From an uncultured bacterium (GTDB taxonomy: Bacteria > JAJVIF01 > JAPKYR01), in NCBI GenBank assembly GCA_965369865.1, contig CBDURU010000002.1, forward strand, positions 3,838 to 67,837: a DNA stretch of 64,000 bases, written 5' to 3'. Positions 30,398 to 40,247 of this stretch are shown piece after piece. The first letter of the stretch is position 1. Every line of letters begins with the position of its first letter. Below the pieces are notes generated by a model that was given only the letters and a program-made list of their open reading frames with translations, did not search any database and was not told the origin of the DNA. Both the position numbers and the translations under genes were made by a program.

Positions 30398-30600
30398 CTC
30401 AATTCATCGGTCAATTTAAAATGATAATACTACCGTAACGAATCCGGCGCAACAGGAATTGCCACTGGCAAGGGTTAACAATTGGGTTCCCTACCGGTTT
30501 TTTTATCCAATCAGTCCTGAACCGGAGTTACTTATCAGACCTCGTATCATGTACAATATGTTCAATAAATCATCCATCAATTAAATAAGAGTTTATTACA

Positions 30601-31680
30601 ATGAAAAATTTCTGTGATTTCTCACCCGCCCCACCCACCCCACCCGTCCCACCTCCTGCAATGCCGCCGATCAGTAAGACCGATGATTTACACATACAGG
30701 ACGAAGTCGGACTTGCTGGGGTTGAGCCTCTCTCAATTGATGATGCGTTAAAAAAGGTCGGCCTTCTCAAGGAGAACATGGAGAAGGTTATTATCGGGAA
30801 ACCGTTGCAGGTCGATATGACAATAGCCTGCATGCTGGCGCGTGGACACCTTCTTCTGGAGGATGTCCCGGGCACAGGAAAAACAACGCTCGCGAAAGCG
30901 CTTGCGAGAAGTATTGAGGGTTCATTCCAGCGGATACAATCGACGCCCGACCTTCTTCCGGCGGATATAACTGGAACATTTGTATATAACCAGAAAACCG
31001 GGGAGTTCCAGTTTCGTCCCGGACCGGTATTCGCCGATGTAGTGCTAGCGGATGAAATCAACCGCGCGACCCCCCGGACCCAGTCGGCACTTTTAGAATG
31101 CATGGAGGAATACCAGGTCACTCTTGAACGGACAACTTTCAAACTTCCCCCGTCATTCATGGTGATCGCCACGCAGAATCCAATCGAGTTCCAGGGCACA
31201 TATCCCCTCCCTGAAGCGCAGAAAGACCGTTTCATGATGCGGTTGAAACTCGGATATCTTGAGGGTGACGAGGAGAAGAGAATGCTCCTTGACCAGACAC
31301 AGGTGCATCCGCTGGAGACCGTCAGGTCGGTAATAACCACCGAGGATGTACTGCGGCTGCAGAAAACCGTTCGGGGCATTCATATCGAAGACGATCTCCT
31401 GGATTACATCGTGCGGATCGTGGGCAGCACCCGCACCGATTCAAATATCCATGTCGGGGCCAGTCCGCGTGGAAGTCTCGGGCTTTACCGTGCCGGACAG
31501 GCTATTGCTCTCGTACGTGCAAGGGATTACGTCATACCGCACGATATCAAGGAAATCGCGGAGTCGGTTCTCGCTCACCGTATGATTTTAAAACCGCAGG
31601 CTGGATATTCCGATGACGCGATCGGTGATCTGATAAATACCCTTCTCGCGAAAGTCGGCCCCATGGTGGACAAGCGATGA
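30601..31680 (+). CDS. MoxR-family AAA+ ATPase
   Basis: LLLEDVPGTGKTTLAKALARSI Walker A, VLADEINRATPRTQSALLE Walker B/sensor. Pro-rich N-terminal extension makes the start uncertain (possibly MPPISK). Confidence 0.85.
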   Translation: MKNFCDFSPAPPTPPVPPPAMPPISKTDDLHIQDEVGLAGVEPLSIDDALKKVGLLKENMEKVIIGKPLQVDMTIACMLARGHLLLEDVPGTGKTTLAKALARSIEGSFQRIQSTPDLLPADITGTFVYNQKTGEFQFRPGPVFADVVLADEINRATPRTQSALLECMEEYQVTLERTTFKLPPSFMVIATQNPIEFQGTYPLPEAQKDRFMMRLKLGYLEGDEEKRMLLDQTQVHPLETVRSVITTEDVLRLQKTVRGIHIEDDLLDYIVRIVGSTRTDSNIHVGASPRGSLGLYRAGQAIALVRARDYVIPHDIKEIAESVLAHRMILKPQAGYSDDAIGDLINTLLAKVGPMVDKR

Positions 31681-33029
31681 CCTTCCGGCCGCTGATATTC
31701 CTGGGGAGCCTGATTCTCCTTTCGATTCTGATTATCCTGTTCCGCAGGGCGAGTATCGAGGGGAAATTTCTGTTGATTACCGCGGTCGGATCGATGGCGG
31801 CATACTTGCACATACATTTCTACCTCCTCTTGCTCACTTCATTGTCGCTGTTTACATTTCTTGCGTTAGCACTGGTCTGGACCTGGATCGCGACATCACG
31901 TCTCAATTTTAAGCGTGAGATTAAGGCCGAGGTAATGGTCGGGGAAAATGTTCAGGTTAAATATTTAATAAAAACCGGAGCGTTTCTACCGCTTTATCAC
32001 ACGAGGGTCTGGGACCGGGCATGGCGTACACGCTCCGATAATACCGAAGATGAAATCCAGTTTGAGGACCCTGGTTATATCGGGTTCCTAAGGATTCATC
32101 CGAGAGATAAATCGGAAGGAATTCAGCATATCGTTCCGCCGGTACGCGGACGTCTGAACTTTGGCCCGGTGGGGATCGAAGGCGGCGATCCGTTCGGGCT
32201 GTTTACTGCGATTAAATGGCTTCCGATCGGCGATGAATGCCTGGTTCTCCCGACATGGGTCCTTTTACATACCTTACCATCAATTCCCGCACGGCTTGGA
32301 TCGCGGGAACAGGAACACCTGGTCAGTAAGGAAGGATTCAGCCATGAATTTCTCGGCATCCGCCCCTGGGCCGATGGCGACAGCCTCAGGGGTGTACACT
32401 GGGTACTTACTGCGAAACATAACGCGTTGATAGTCAGGCAGTTCGAGAAAGAGGTTGAGGAGGAATTGCTGATCATTCTCGACGCGGACAGAGCGGGCGA
32501 TGTCGGTGAAGGGGCTGAAAATGCTCTTGAATACCTGATAACCCTGACGCTGAGCATGATTAACGCCGCTATCGAGGTCTCAAGGCCCTGGAACCTTGTA
32601 ATTGTCGATGAGAATCAAAATCTGATCACCTATAAAATGAAAGACCCTTTGCGCCAGGTCCAGTACGCTCTCGCGGAACTCCCGGCTAAACGCATTGTAC
32701 CGATCGAGAGCCTGCTCGATGGAATCCGCAGGCAGTATCCAGGGTCGGCATGCGTTCTTCTGACCCCAAGAATCGACCAGGCTGTCTCAGTGGCGCTCGC
32801 ACAAAGCGATCAATCGATTGGTGACAACCTGCCGTCGATTTTAGTCCGCGTGGATCCGGACAGTTTTATAACATCGGTCAGTTCCGGACTTAAAACGCTG
32901 AGATACCGGAAGGGACGGGATGAGCGTCCTTCCGCTTTCCACTCGGACCGGCTATCGAGAATTTCTGAGATAACAATTAACCGGGGCGACAACCTTGGAG
33001 ATTTATTCAACGGGGTCGTACCGACATGA
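31677..33029 (+). CDS. DUF58-domain protein (MoxR partner)
   Basis: Overlaps the MoxR stop (ATGA). N-terminal TMs. GIRPWADGDSLRGVHWVLTAKHNALIVRQFE is the DUF58 signature. Confidence 0.8.
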   Translation: MTFRPLIFLGSLILLSILIILFRRASIEGKFLLITAVGSMAAYLHIHFYLLLLTSLSLFTFLALALVWTWIATSRLNFKREIKAEVMVGENVQVKYLIKTGAFLPLYHTRVWDRAWRTRSDNTEDEIQFEDPGYIGFLRIHPRDKSEGIQHIVPPVRGRLNFGPVGIEGGDPFGLFTAIKWLPIGDECLVLPTWVLLHTLPSIPARLGSREQEHLVSKEGFSHEFLGIRPWADGDSLRGVHWVLTAKHNALIVRQFEKEVEEELLIILDADRAGDVGEGAENALEYLITLTLSMINAAIEVSRPWNLVIVDENQNLITYKMKDPLRQVQYALAELPAKRIVPIESLLDGIRRQYPGSACVLLTPRIDQAVSVALAQSDQSIGDNLPSILVRVDPDSFITSVSSGLKTLRYRKGRDERPSAFHSDRLSRISEITINRGDNLGDLFNGVVPT

Positions 33030-33079
33030 ATTCCTGAGTACACTTAATTTTAACCGACGGGGAATGGAGCTTTTATACC

Positions 33080-34216
33080 TTGCCAGCAATCATAAAAAAA
33101 ACTTACAATACCGGCATGATTCAGATCAAAATCCGGCAGAATGCAGTCTATTGCTTAATCGCCATCCTAATTTATTTTTTATTAATCCCGTATCCGACCA
33201 GGGCGACAACTCTCTCCGAAGTTCTTGTGGGGATCTACAACGCCCGAAATCCAGCGAGCCTATCTTCGCTTTCGTTTCTTGGCGACATGCGTCTCGATCT
33301 TGACGATGAACAGGGCGCGATGCTTCCGGCCCAGATCAGCCTGCTTGCCGCGTGGCGAAGCCCCGATGAATGGTACAGCACTTACGAAATTTCAGGTGAG
33401 ATCGCTACCGGGATGAGGGGAATCGGTTACTCGCATCCGGCTGTTGACCAGATGATTCTAAGCCGTCCGGACTTTCTCGATGTCCTTGATATAGTCTGGA
33501 CAGTGCAGTACCAGGGTACAGCGATGTGGGACGGGGAACCCGCCTGGAAAATTCTTTTTAACACGCGTGACATAACGCTCGATACACCGCCGTTTACGCT
33601 TTATGTCCGGAAGGATGATTTTGTCCCCCTGAGGACACAAGTAGAATTTTCAGACGGCACCACCGCGATCACCGACCTGAACTGGATCGTGACCGACGAT
33701 GTTTTGCTGCCCTCGAAATTTACGACAACTTTTAACCCGCCGATCGGCCCTTTAGCGGGATATGAAACAACCTGGTTCAATCATGAGATCAATCCTGATT
33801 TATCGGACATTGATTTTCCGCGCGAGGAAGGGTCTTTACTAAGCGGCAACGATCCCGATCTGGACGATGGCCCGGCGGTTTTCGAGGAGCTTTACCACGG
33901 CTTCGCGGATGATCCGATTATCGCGCCGATCAACGATTCGTCCGGAACATATGACCGGTTAAGTTTTACATTCAGCCTGTATGTCGAGGACGATTCAATT
34001 CCCGGCCAGTTGGATTCAAGGCAGATAGCTATCCGGAATCTCGCGATCGATATAATTTCTGACTGGGATTGGTCGGGTGATAACGGATTGAGCATGCCCG
34101 GCGGGAAATACGAGTGCGGAAAGGAAATAGTCGGTGCGATCGGAGAACTCCTCGGAACCGACTCGATAACGGATTTTTATTTCCTCGACTGGGAACCTAT
34201 TGAATCGGGGGAGTGA
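33080..34216 (+). CDS. membrane-anchored hypothetical protein (third gene of MoxR operon)
   Basis: N-terminal TM, acidic C-terminus. Confidence 0.45.
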   Translation: MPAIIKKTYNTGMIQIKIRQNAVYCLIAILIYFLLIPYPTRATTLSEVLVGIYNARNPASLSSLSFLGDMRLDLDDEQGAMLPAQISLLAAWRSPDEWYSTYEISGEIATGMRGIGYSHPAVDQMILSRPDFLDVLDIVWTVQYQGTAMWDGEPAWKILFNTRDITLDTPPFTLYVRKDDFVPLRTQVEFSDGTTAITDLNWIVTDDVLLPSKFTTTFNPPIGPLAGYETTWFNHEINPDLSDIDFPREEGSLLSGNDPDLDDGPAVFEELYHGFADDPIIAPINDSSGTYDRLSFTFSLYVEDDSIPGQLDSRQIAIRNLAIDIISDWDWSGDNGLSMPGGKYECGKEIVGAIGELLGTDSITDFYFLDWEPIESGE

Positions 34217-34423
34217 CTCCAATAATTCAAAAATTATTAATCCGTGTGGCCGGATTTTTCATTTCAGCAACCCATTTCGATGGCAAGGATCTGGTAAAGA
34301 CCGCGGGATGTCGAATCGTCGGGTGGCATGATCTAGATTTGCGGATTGGGGATATGGTAGCAGATTATTGAATAAGAGATAATATTTTTTATCGATGCTC
34401 TTTAAGCCTAAGTCACCTTGTTT

Positions 34424-36457
34424 TTACAACCTTTTATTAATTTCATCAATTAAGCTTTTTGCATTGTGCTCACTAACTCCATTGTATTCTGAGATATCAG
34501 TTTGGGAATCAATATCTACTGTTATTTGTTTAATAATTTCTTTTTTATTCAGTTCCTTACCAAGCATCGCAAAGAACCGTTTATTTTTTGCAACTATACT
34601 ATCATCTCCCTTAAGTTCAGCTTCATATTGCTCGAATTCATAACCAGCGACCTTCATCTCCTGTTCATGAACCTTGTACACATACTTATTATAATATCCT
34701 TCTTGAAATATACTTTCTAGTTCTGGCTTATCATCATCAGTTTCAATGATTGACTCTATGCTAATAACTGATAACAGTTGCGAATTAATTTTTTCTTCTA
34801 GCTCATTATTTAATTTTTCTTTCGCTTCAATTCCCGCATTATCTGAATCAATCAAGACAACTACATTTAATTTTTGACCCAGCATGAATAAACACAATTT
34901 GAAAATATTACCAGTTCCACATGCGGGTGTGATAAATATATCACTAAGCAACCCAGGTTTTCCTGATTTTAATAATAGGTTTGACAAAGCATTTAGGATC
35001 CAGAAATCCTCTATACCTTCAACGATTAGGTTTTTCTGAGAAACAAGAAAGCTTTGACTTGCATTCATACCCAACGCAGCCTGTAAAACAAAATTCCTAT
35101 TGCTTTCCTCTGAAATTAGTTTATCTGTGGTTTTTGATCCTTCTTTAGTCATTTCAACGACTTTAATGTTTAGTGGATCCTTTAAATCCACCATAAATGG
35201 CGAGTGCGTTGAGATTATCATTTGGTTTTTCTCTGATTGCGTCTTTAAATATTCAAGTAAGTCCCCTTGCCAGTCTGGATGCAAATGCAAGCCTGGTTCA
35301 TCGAGTAGCATGAAATAGTTGTTGCCTAAATATTTTTGCCCATGAATTAGCAAAAGAAATGAAATTAAATTTTGTGTACCAAAGGACATTTCTGACAAAT
35401 TTGTATTGGTTTCGTAAAAAGGAGAGTCCTTATTGACACTGGTTAAATCAAAATCTATATTATCCCCATCAGCTATTAGATTCACATTATGCTGTATATC
35501 AAATCCACCGCGATCCATCAATGATTGTATGACTTTTGATATTTTTCCATACTCTAACCTTCTTCGGCGACGATGTTTAAATTTTATGATTTCTGATGGG
35601 TCCTTATTTGCAATACTCGCTATAGGTTGTAAAATTGGTTGCCTCTTTGATTTTATTTGAAATCGTTCATCTGGATCCTGCTTTGTTTCATCACCATCCT
35701 TTGCCAAGTTCCCACTGCCTGCGTACAGAGGGATATCAACCATGTAAATAATTCTTGGCAATAAATCGTATATAAAATTATGAAATGGTTGAGGTAAGGA
35801 TTTAATATCACCAATTTGTTTTGCATAGGCATTCATTGTAGTAATTATGCTTGTAAAGTACATATCCGCTTCCGCACTACCTTCATTCATCCTCAGGAAT
35901 TGTGCCCGCTGTCCATTAAACTTACTAAGGGTAGTATTAAATAATTGTATTCTTATATCACAACCAAGCCTAATCACTGTGTCTATAAGACCTATAGTTG
36001 AATCATCAAAATTAAAATCATTAAATCCTTTAGATAATGGTGTTTCTAGCGACAATGGCGTTATATCTGGGGAGTTAATATCTATATCCTTATCAATATC
36101 GTCAGTTACTGCATGAATTGTTAAAAAACCATCATTATTACGAATCACCAAAACTTCATTCAAAGGATTAGAAATATTGCCTAATTTTATTACTTCTTCT
36201 AGCTCCTCATCACTCAATTTAAATATAGCAGAAACTTTAGGTTTTAGATCATCTTCGAGCCGGCTAGTCCTTGTATAAGAATGCTCTGGAAAATAGGTTG
36301 GGATTGTTAATGATGGGTTTAACATACATAATGCTTCAAGGTGGGCTGACTTCCCACTTTGATTAGGACCAACGAAAACAGTGAAATTTCTGATATCAAC
36401 CCATCCAGAATCTATTATACATTTGTAATTCTGAATTCTGAATTTCTTCAATTTCAT
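34424..36457 (-). CDS. OLD-family ATP-dependent endonuclease (ABC-ATPase + TOPRIM), class 1
   Basis: FRIQNYKCI start. Walker A GPNQSGKS, Walker B LLDEPGLHLHP, H-loop ISTHSPFMVD. C-terminal TOPRIM NLIVEGIEDF ... VVLIDSDNAG. Gene is about 30% GC against about 50% in flanks. Confidence 0.7.
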   Translation of the reverse strand: MKLKKFRIQNYKCIIDSGWVDIRNFTVFVGPNQSGKSAHLEALCMLNPSLTIPTYFPEHSYTRTSRLEDDLKPKVSAIFKLSDEELEEVIKLGNISNPLNEVLVIRNNDGFLTIHAVTDDIDKDIDINSPDITPLSLETPLSKGFNDFNFDDSTIGLIDTVIRLGCDIRIQLFNTTLSKFNGQRAQFLRMNEGSAEADMYFTSIITTMNAYAKQIGDIKSLPQPFHNFIYDLLPRIIYMVDIPLYAGSGNLAKDGDETKQDPDERFQIKSKRQPILQPIASIANKDPSEIIKFKHRRRRRLEYGKISKVIQSLMDRGGFDIQHNVNLIADGDNIDFDLTSVNKDSPFYETNTNLSEMSFGTQNLISFLLLIHGQKYLGNNYFMLLDEPGLHLHPDWQGDLLEYLKTQSEKNQMIISTHSPFMVDLKDPLNIKVVEMTKEGSKTTDKLISEESNRNFVLQAALGMNASQSFLVSQKNLIVEGIEDFWILNALSNLLLKSGKPGLLSDIFITPACGTGNIFKLCLFMLGQKLNVVVLIDSDNAGIEAKEKLNNELEEKINSQLLSVISIESIIETDDDKPELESIFQEGYYNKYVYKVHEQEMKVAGYEFEQYEAELKGDDSIVAKNKRFFAMLGKELNKKEIIKQITVDIDSQTDISEYNGVSEHNAKSLIDEINKRL

Positions 36458-36580
36458 TTTGCGACCACCTCAAGTTTTATTATTAATTCAACCCATAGGA
36501 TGATGAGTTCCAATCGTACTAACGAATCTATAATTTAACAGATCTTCAGGACAGAATTTAGTATATCTTCTAGGTATGCC

Positions 36581-36877
36581 TTAAATTGCCGGGGCATACT
36601 TCACCTCATTCATGATTGAATCACGGAGACTTGGCTTGATCGTATCGGGCAGAACCAGATCAACTTTCCTGCCGACCAGATCCTCAAGGAAAAATTTCAA
36701 TCCCATGTACGCCCTGAATGTTTCATTCTCAAGCTCAACAAGGAAATCGATATCACTGTCAGGAGAAGCATCGCCACGGGCAATCGATCCGAAAATCCCG
36801 AGCTTCCGCACACCAAACTTCTTTATCTCAAGCTGGTGCTTCTCAATGAGGTTAAATATTTCTTCAAGCATGGTCAT
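36581..36877 (-). CDS. minimal nucleotidyltransferase (MNT/MntA-like)
   Basis: 98 aa, GSIARGDASPDSDIDFLVE (GS-x9-DxD pol-beta NTase motif). No HepT/HEPN partner adjacent. Confidence 0.75.
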   Translation of the reverse strand: MTMLEEIFNLIEKHQLEIKKFGVRKLGIFGSIARGDASPDSDIDFLVELENETFRAYMGLKFFLEDLVGRKVDLVLPDTIKPSLRDSIMNEVKYAPAI

Positions 36878-37031
36878 TGCGATTAATGATTATACACTGA
36901 GATTTCACTTAACGTCAGCCCTAATCCCTATTCTCCTCTGCACTTTCGCTTGAGGTGACAAAATGGCACCTCAAGATTTCCCATTCTTCCTCAATATAAC
37001 AAATCCTTTTCCGGAAAGAATTCCACTCCTT

Positions 37032-38423
37032 TTATGGATACATGCTGCCTATTGTTCTCGGGAATGGGATGCACTCACGGACTGAATGTACTCCCGCGAG
37101 CCAGGCGACAGTCCTCTCCACTCCAAGTCCGAATCCGCCGTGCGGGTTGGTGCCGTATTTCCGTAAATCGAGATACCACTTGAACGCTTCCATCGGGAGT
37201 TCGTGCTTTTTGATCTGCGCGACAAGAAAATCATGGTCCTCCGCACGCTGCCCGGCGCCGATGATCTCCCCGTACCCTTCAGGCGCGAGCATGTCGACCG
37301 ACATGGTCGTGCGCTCGTCATCCGGATCGGGCTTCATGTAGAACGCTTTGATGTCGCGCGGGAAATGGTGGACAAAAATCGGACGGTCGTACGGCATCGT
37401 CAGTAACGTTTCATCCGGCGCGCCAAACTCCCCACCCCATTCAAATTCGGTACCGAGATCTTCAATTTCGCGCTTTATCTCAGCCTGGCGGGTCTCATCG
37501 CCGGTGGTTTTCAATTCACCCTCAAGCTCAGCAATACGTTTCGGCTTGAGTTCATTAAGTTTTATCACCGCATCGTCATAGTGCATTCGTATGAACGGTA
37601 CTTTTACATTTTCAAGGAATGAAACATCACGCCCGACAATCTCAAGCTCTGGCCGGCATTTTCGGAGAACCCACTCGATGATGTACATGGTCATCCGTTC
37701 CATGAGTTCCATGTTGTCCTCAAGGCTGAACCATGCGATCTCAGGTTCGATATGCCAGAATTCGGTGAGGTGGCGACGGGTTTTCGATTTTTCCGCACGG
37801 AAGGACGGCCCGAACACTACGATTTTCCGGTGCGACATAGCGCCGACTTCGCCATAGAGTTGCCCGGATTGCGACAGGTAAGCGATATCATCGAAATACG
37901 GCACCTCGAAAAGGTCGGATGTCCCCTCGCAAGCGTTCGGTGTGAAAATCGGAGCGTCGAACGTGATATATCCGTCCTCGTAGAAAAATGTTCGTATCGC
38001 GTGGATGACTTCGGACCGAATTCGCATCAATGCCCACGGGCGCTTGGATCGCAGCCACAAATGCCGGTGCTGGAAAAGGAATCCGGTCCCGTGATCTTTC
38101 GGCGTGATCGGGTATTCACTCGCGATCTGTACGATTTCCACACCACCGGATGTCACATGGAGCTCATACTCGTCCTTCTTCGGATGTTTCGCGACTTTGC
38201 CTGAGATCCGTAGCGAAGATTCCTGTGTGAGCGATCCGGCTTTCTCCCAGGTGTCTTCGTCAACATCGTTGATCCCGACAATGGCCTGGATGATGCCCAT
38301 TCCGTCGCGGATTTCAAGGAACTTGAGTTTCTTGCTTTCGCGTTTATTGTAGAGCCAGCCCGTGAGAGTGACTTCCCGGTCAACAAACTGTGAAATCTTG
38401 TCGATTGTTGTTTCGGTCGGCAT
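37032..38423 (-). CDS. asnS: asparagine--tRNA ligase (could be non-discriminating archaeal-type AspRS)
   Basis: 463 aa class IIb aaRS. N-terminal OB fold, motifs 1-3, C-terminal GGFGLGVERTVAW. Confidence 0.75.
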   Translation of the reverse strand: MPTETTIDKISQFVDREVTLTGWLYNKRESKKLKFLEIRDGMGIIQAIVGINDVDEDTWEKAGSLTQESSLRISGKVAKHPKKDEYELHVTSGGVEIVQIASEYPITPKDHGTGFLFQHRHLWLRSKRPWALMRIRSEVIHAIRTFFYEDGYITFDAPIFTPNACEGTSDLFEVPYFDDIAYLSQSGQLYGEVGAMSHRKIVVFGPSFRAEKSKTRRHLTEFWHIEPEIAWFSLEDNMELMERMTMYIIEWVLRKCRPELEIVGRDVSFLENVKVPFIRMHYDDAVIKLNELKPKRIAELEGELKTTGDETRQAEIKREIEDLGTEFEWGGEFGAPDETLLTMPYDRPIFVHHFPRDIKAFYMKPDPDDERTTMSVDMLAPEGYGEIIGAGQRAEDHDFLVAQIKKHELPMEAFKWYLDLRKYGTNPHGGFGLGVERTVAWLAGVHSVRECIPFPRTIGSMYP

Positions 38424-38503
38424 TGTTATGAACCTCGATTAAAACGGTACTGGGAATATATCAGAGGGGGGGGGTATGGGCAAGTGTGTGGGAGAGCCAG
38501 GGA

Positions 38504-38974
38504 TTAGTTTAATTCATCGTGCACAAGGTGTGGATGCTTCTCCTTTAACCATGCAATGACAATCTTCTCTAACTCAATTACTATTTCAGCCAATTCCTCG
38601 ACTTCTATATCACTCACCACTGTTGGTTCCCAATCATACCTGAGATTATGTCTTGTCTTTCTGAAACTATCAAGTACATTTGCGAGCTGCTCAACACCGG
38701 TGCCTAAAAAATGACGGAATCCTGTCACTGCTGCTTCATGATGCCCCCCAGCCTGAGTCACCCAGCCTTCAGCACGCAATACTAATTCGCACCACATCAT
38801 CGCAGCATCATAAAAACCTTTGAACTGACCATATACAGTCTGGCCGGACACACTTGCGTCTTTAGCGGAAATCAGTGTGCCCTGAATGCGGTTTGATATT
38901 TCCCGCCTTGTCGGGTCTACCCGCCTGACAGAATTGTCAACCAGTAATTCGTTCCAATCTCTCATTATCACCAA
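38504..38974 (-). CDS. HEPN-domain protein (putative toxin of HEPN/MNT pair)
   Basis: 156 aa, all-helical, FRKTRHNLRYD (R..H..Y HEPN-like motif). Overlaps the upstream NTase gene by 38 nt. Confidence 0.5.
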   Translation of the reverse strand: MVIMRDWNELLVDNSVRRVDPTRREISNRIQGTLISAKDASVSGQTVYGQFKGFYDAAMMWCELVLRAEGWVTQAGGHHEAAVTGFRHFLGTGVEQLANVLDSFRKTRHNLRYDWEPTVVSDIEVEELAEIVIELEKIVIAWLKEKHPHLVHDELN

Positions 38975-39629
38975 CTAAAAAAACTTTTTGTGTTGACATT
39001 AACGAACGTACAAAATGATCATTGTTTTCGTACTTTTCCTTCCAAATCCCAGGAGTATAGACTTTATAATCTATCTGCCGGTTAATCCTCTTCTCAAGAT
39101 CGGAAATTTCCTTGCTTAATGACCGTTTTGATTGATGACCAATGAAAACAATGTCTATGTCGCTCTCAGATCTTTGAGTCGAGGTGGCAAAAGACCCATA
39201 GACAAAAACACAATCTATGCTAATTAGCTTATTCATCTCTTCTTTGAGAATTCCAAGGCTACCGATGGCATGTTCAAATATCATTCTCAGACCAGGGATC
39301 CAGGGATGTGTCTGCTTCAGCCGGTATGGATAACGCAAAGATTTTTTTAAATCATTTGAGATATGAGGTTCAAGTAACCCCATTATCCAGAGTTTAGTCA
39401 TTTGTTTATGTAGAGCACTTTGACTACAACCAGTAAGTCGCTCAAGGTCACGGGAACCTAACCATTCCTTAGGGCGTTTGATGTACTCCCAAAGAAGTTT
39501 AACACGCACTGAAGACCCAAATAACACAAACAGCTCCTTTTTGCCAGGGTCTCCTGCAGGCTTAACTTCGTCATTTGAATTTTCCAAATTACGATTATTT
39601 GACCTCATTATACGATCATTATAAGCCAT
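38937..39629 (-). CDS. winged-helix + nucleotidyltransferase domain protein (MNT partner)
   Basis: wHTH segment LERLTGCSQSALHKQMTKLWIMGLL, NTase motif VFVYGSFATSTQRSESDIDIVF. Confidence 0.6.
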   Translation of the reverse strand: MAYNDRIMRSNNRNLENSNDEVKPAGDPGKKELFVLFGSSVRVKLLWEYIKRPKEWLGSRDLERLTGCSQSALHKQMTKLWIMGLLEPHISNDLKKSLRYPYRLKQTHPWIPGLRMIFEHAIGSLGILKEEMNKLISIDCVFVYGSFATSTQRSESDIDIVFIGHQSKRSLSKEISDLEKRINRQIDYKVYTPGIWKEKYENNDHFVRSLMSTQKVFLVGDNERLERITG

Positions 39630-39657
39630 TTCGCGATCATTGTCAATCTGTGGAACG

Positions 39658-40140
39658 CTAATCCCTTTCCCTTAATGCCCTTTCCTTTTCCCTGTCCGAT
39701 TCCTTCTTCGCGATTACCTCACGCTTCTCGTACTCCCTCCTACCCTTGCAGATTCCTATTTCAACTTTCACCAGGTGCTTTTTGAAATACACCCTCAGGG
39801 GGATCAGTGTCATCCCCCTTTCATCGGTGGCCTTTTTCATCTTGCGAATTTCGCGCTTGTTGAGGAGAAGATGCCTTGGACGCCTTGGCGGTAGCGGCTC
39901 GATTGTCGCGAATTTGTAATGCGCGATATGCATGTCGAACAGGATAACCTGCCCATCTTTCACACGGGCGTATGAATCGCGCAGGTTCAGGCCTCCGGCA
40001 CGGATGCTTTTCACTTCCTGTCCGGCAAGGGAAATGCCCGCCTCGAAACGGTCAAGCACATTGTAATTCCGCAATGCTTTCCGATTAGTGAATGTTGGAA
40101 GCCCGGAACTTTTTTCGACTTTTTTATCTTTCTTAGCCAC
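39658..40140 (-). CDS. smpB: SsrA-binding protein
   Basis: 160 aa, NRKA...YN..DR..AGI.L.G.EVKS pattern, basic C-terminal tail. Confidence 0.9.
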   Translation of the reverse strand: MAKKDKKVEKSSGLPTFTNRKALRNYNVLDRFEAGISLAGQEVKSIRAGGLNLRDSYARVKDGQVILFDMHIAHYKFATIEPLPPRRPRHLLLNKREIRKMKKATDERGMTLIPLRVYFKKHLVKVEIGICKGRREYEKREVIAKKESDREKERALRERD

Positions 40141-40247
40141 GATATATCAACCCGATATAATTTCGGCAATTCGGCAACCCAGTATAGCAATCCTGCCCGA
40201 ATTCTGCATCGGAACCCCCCTCGCTCTGGTATACTTCGACAACGAAA

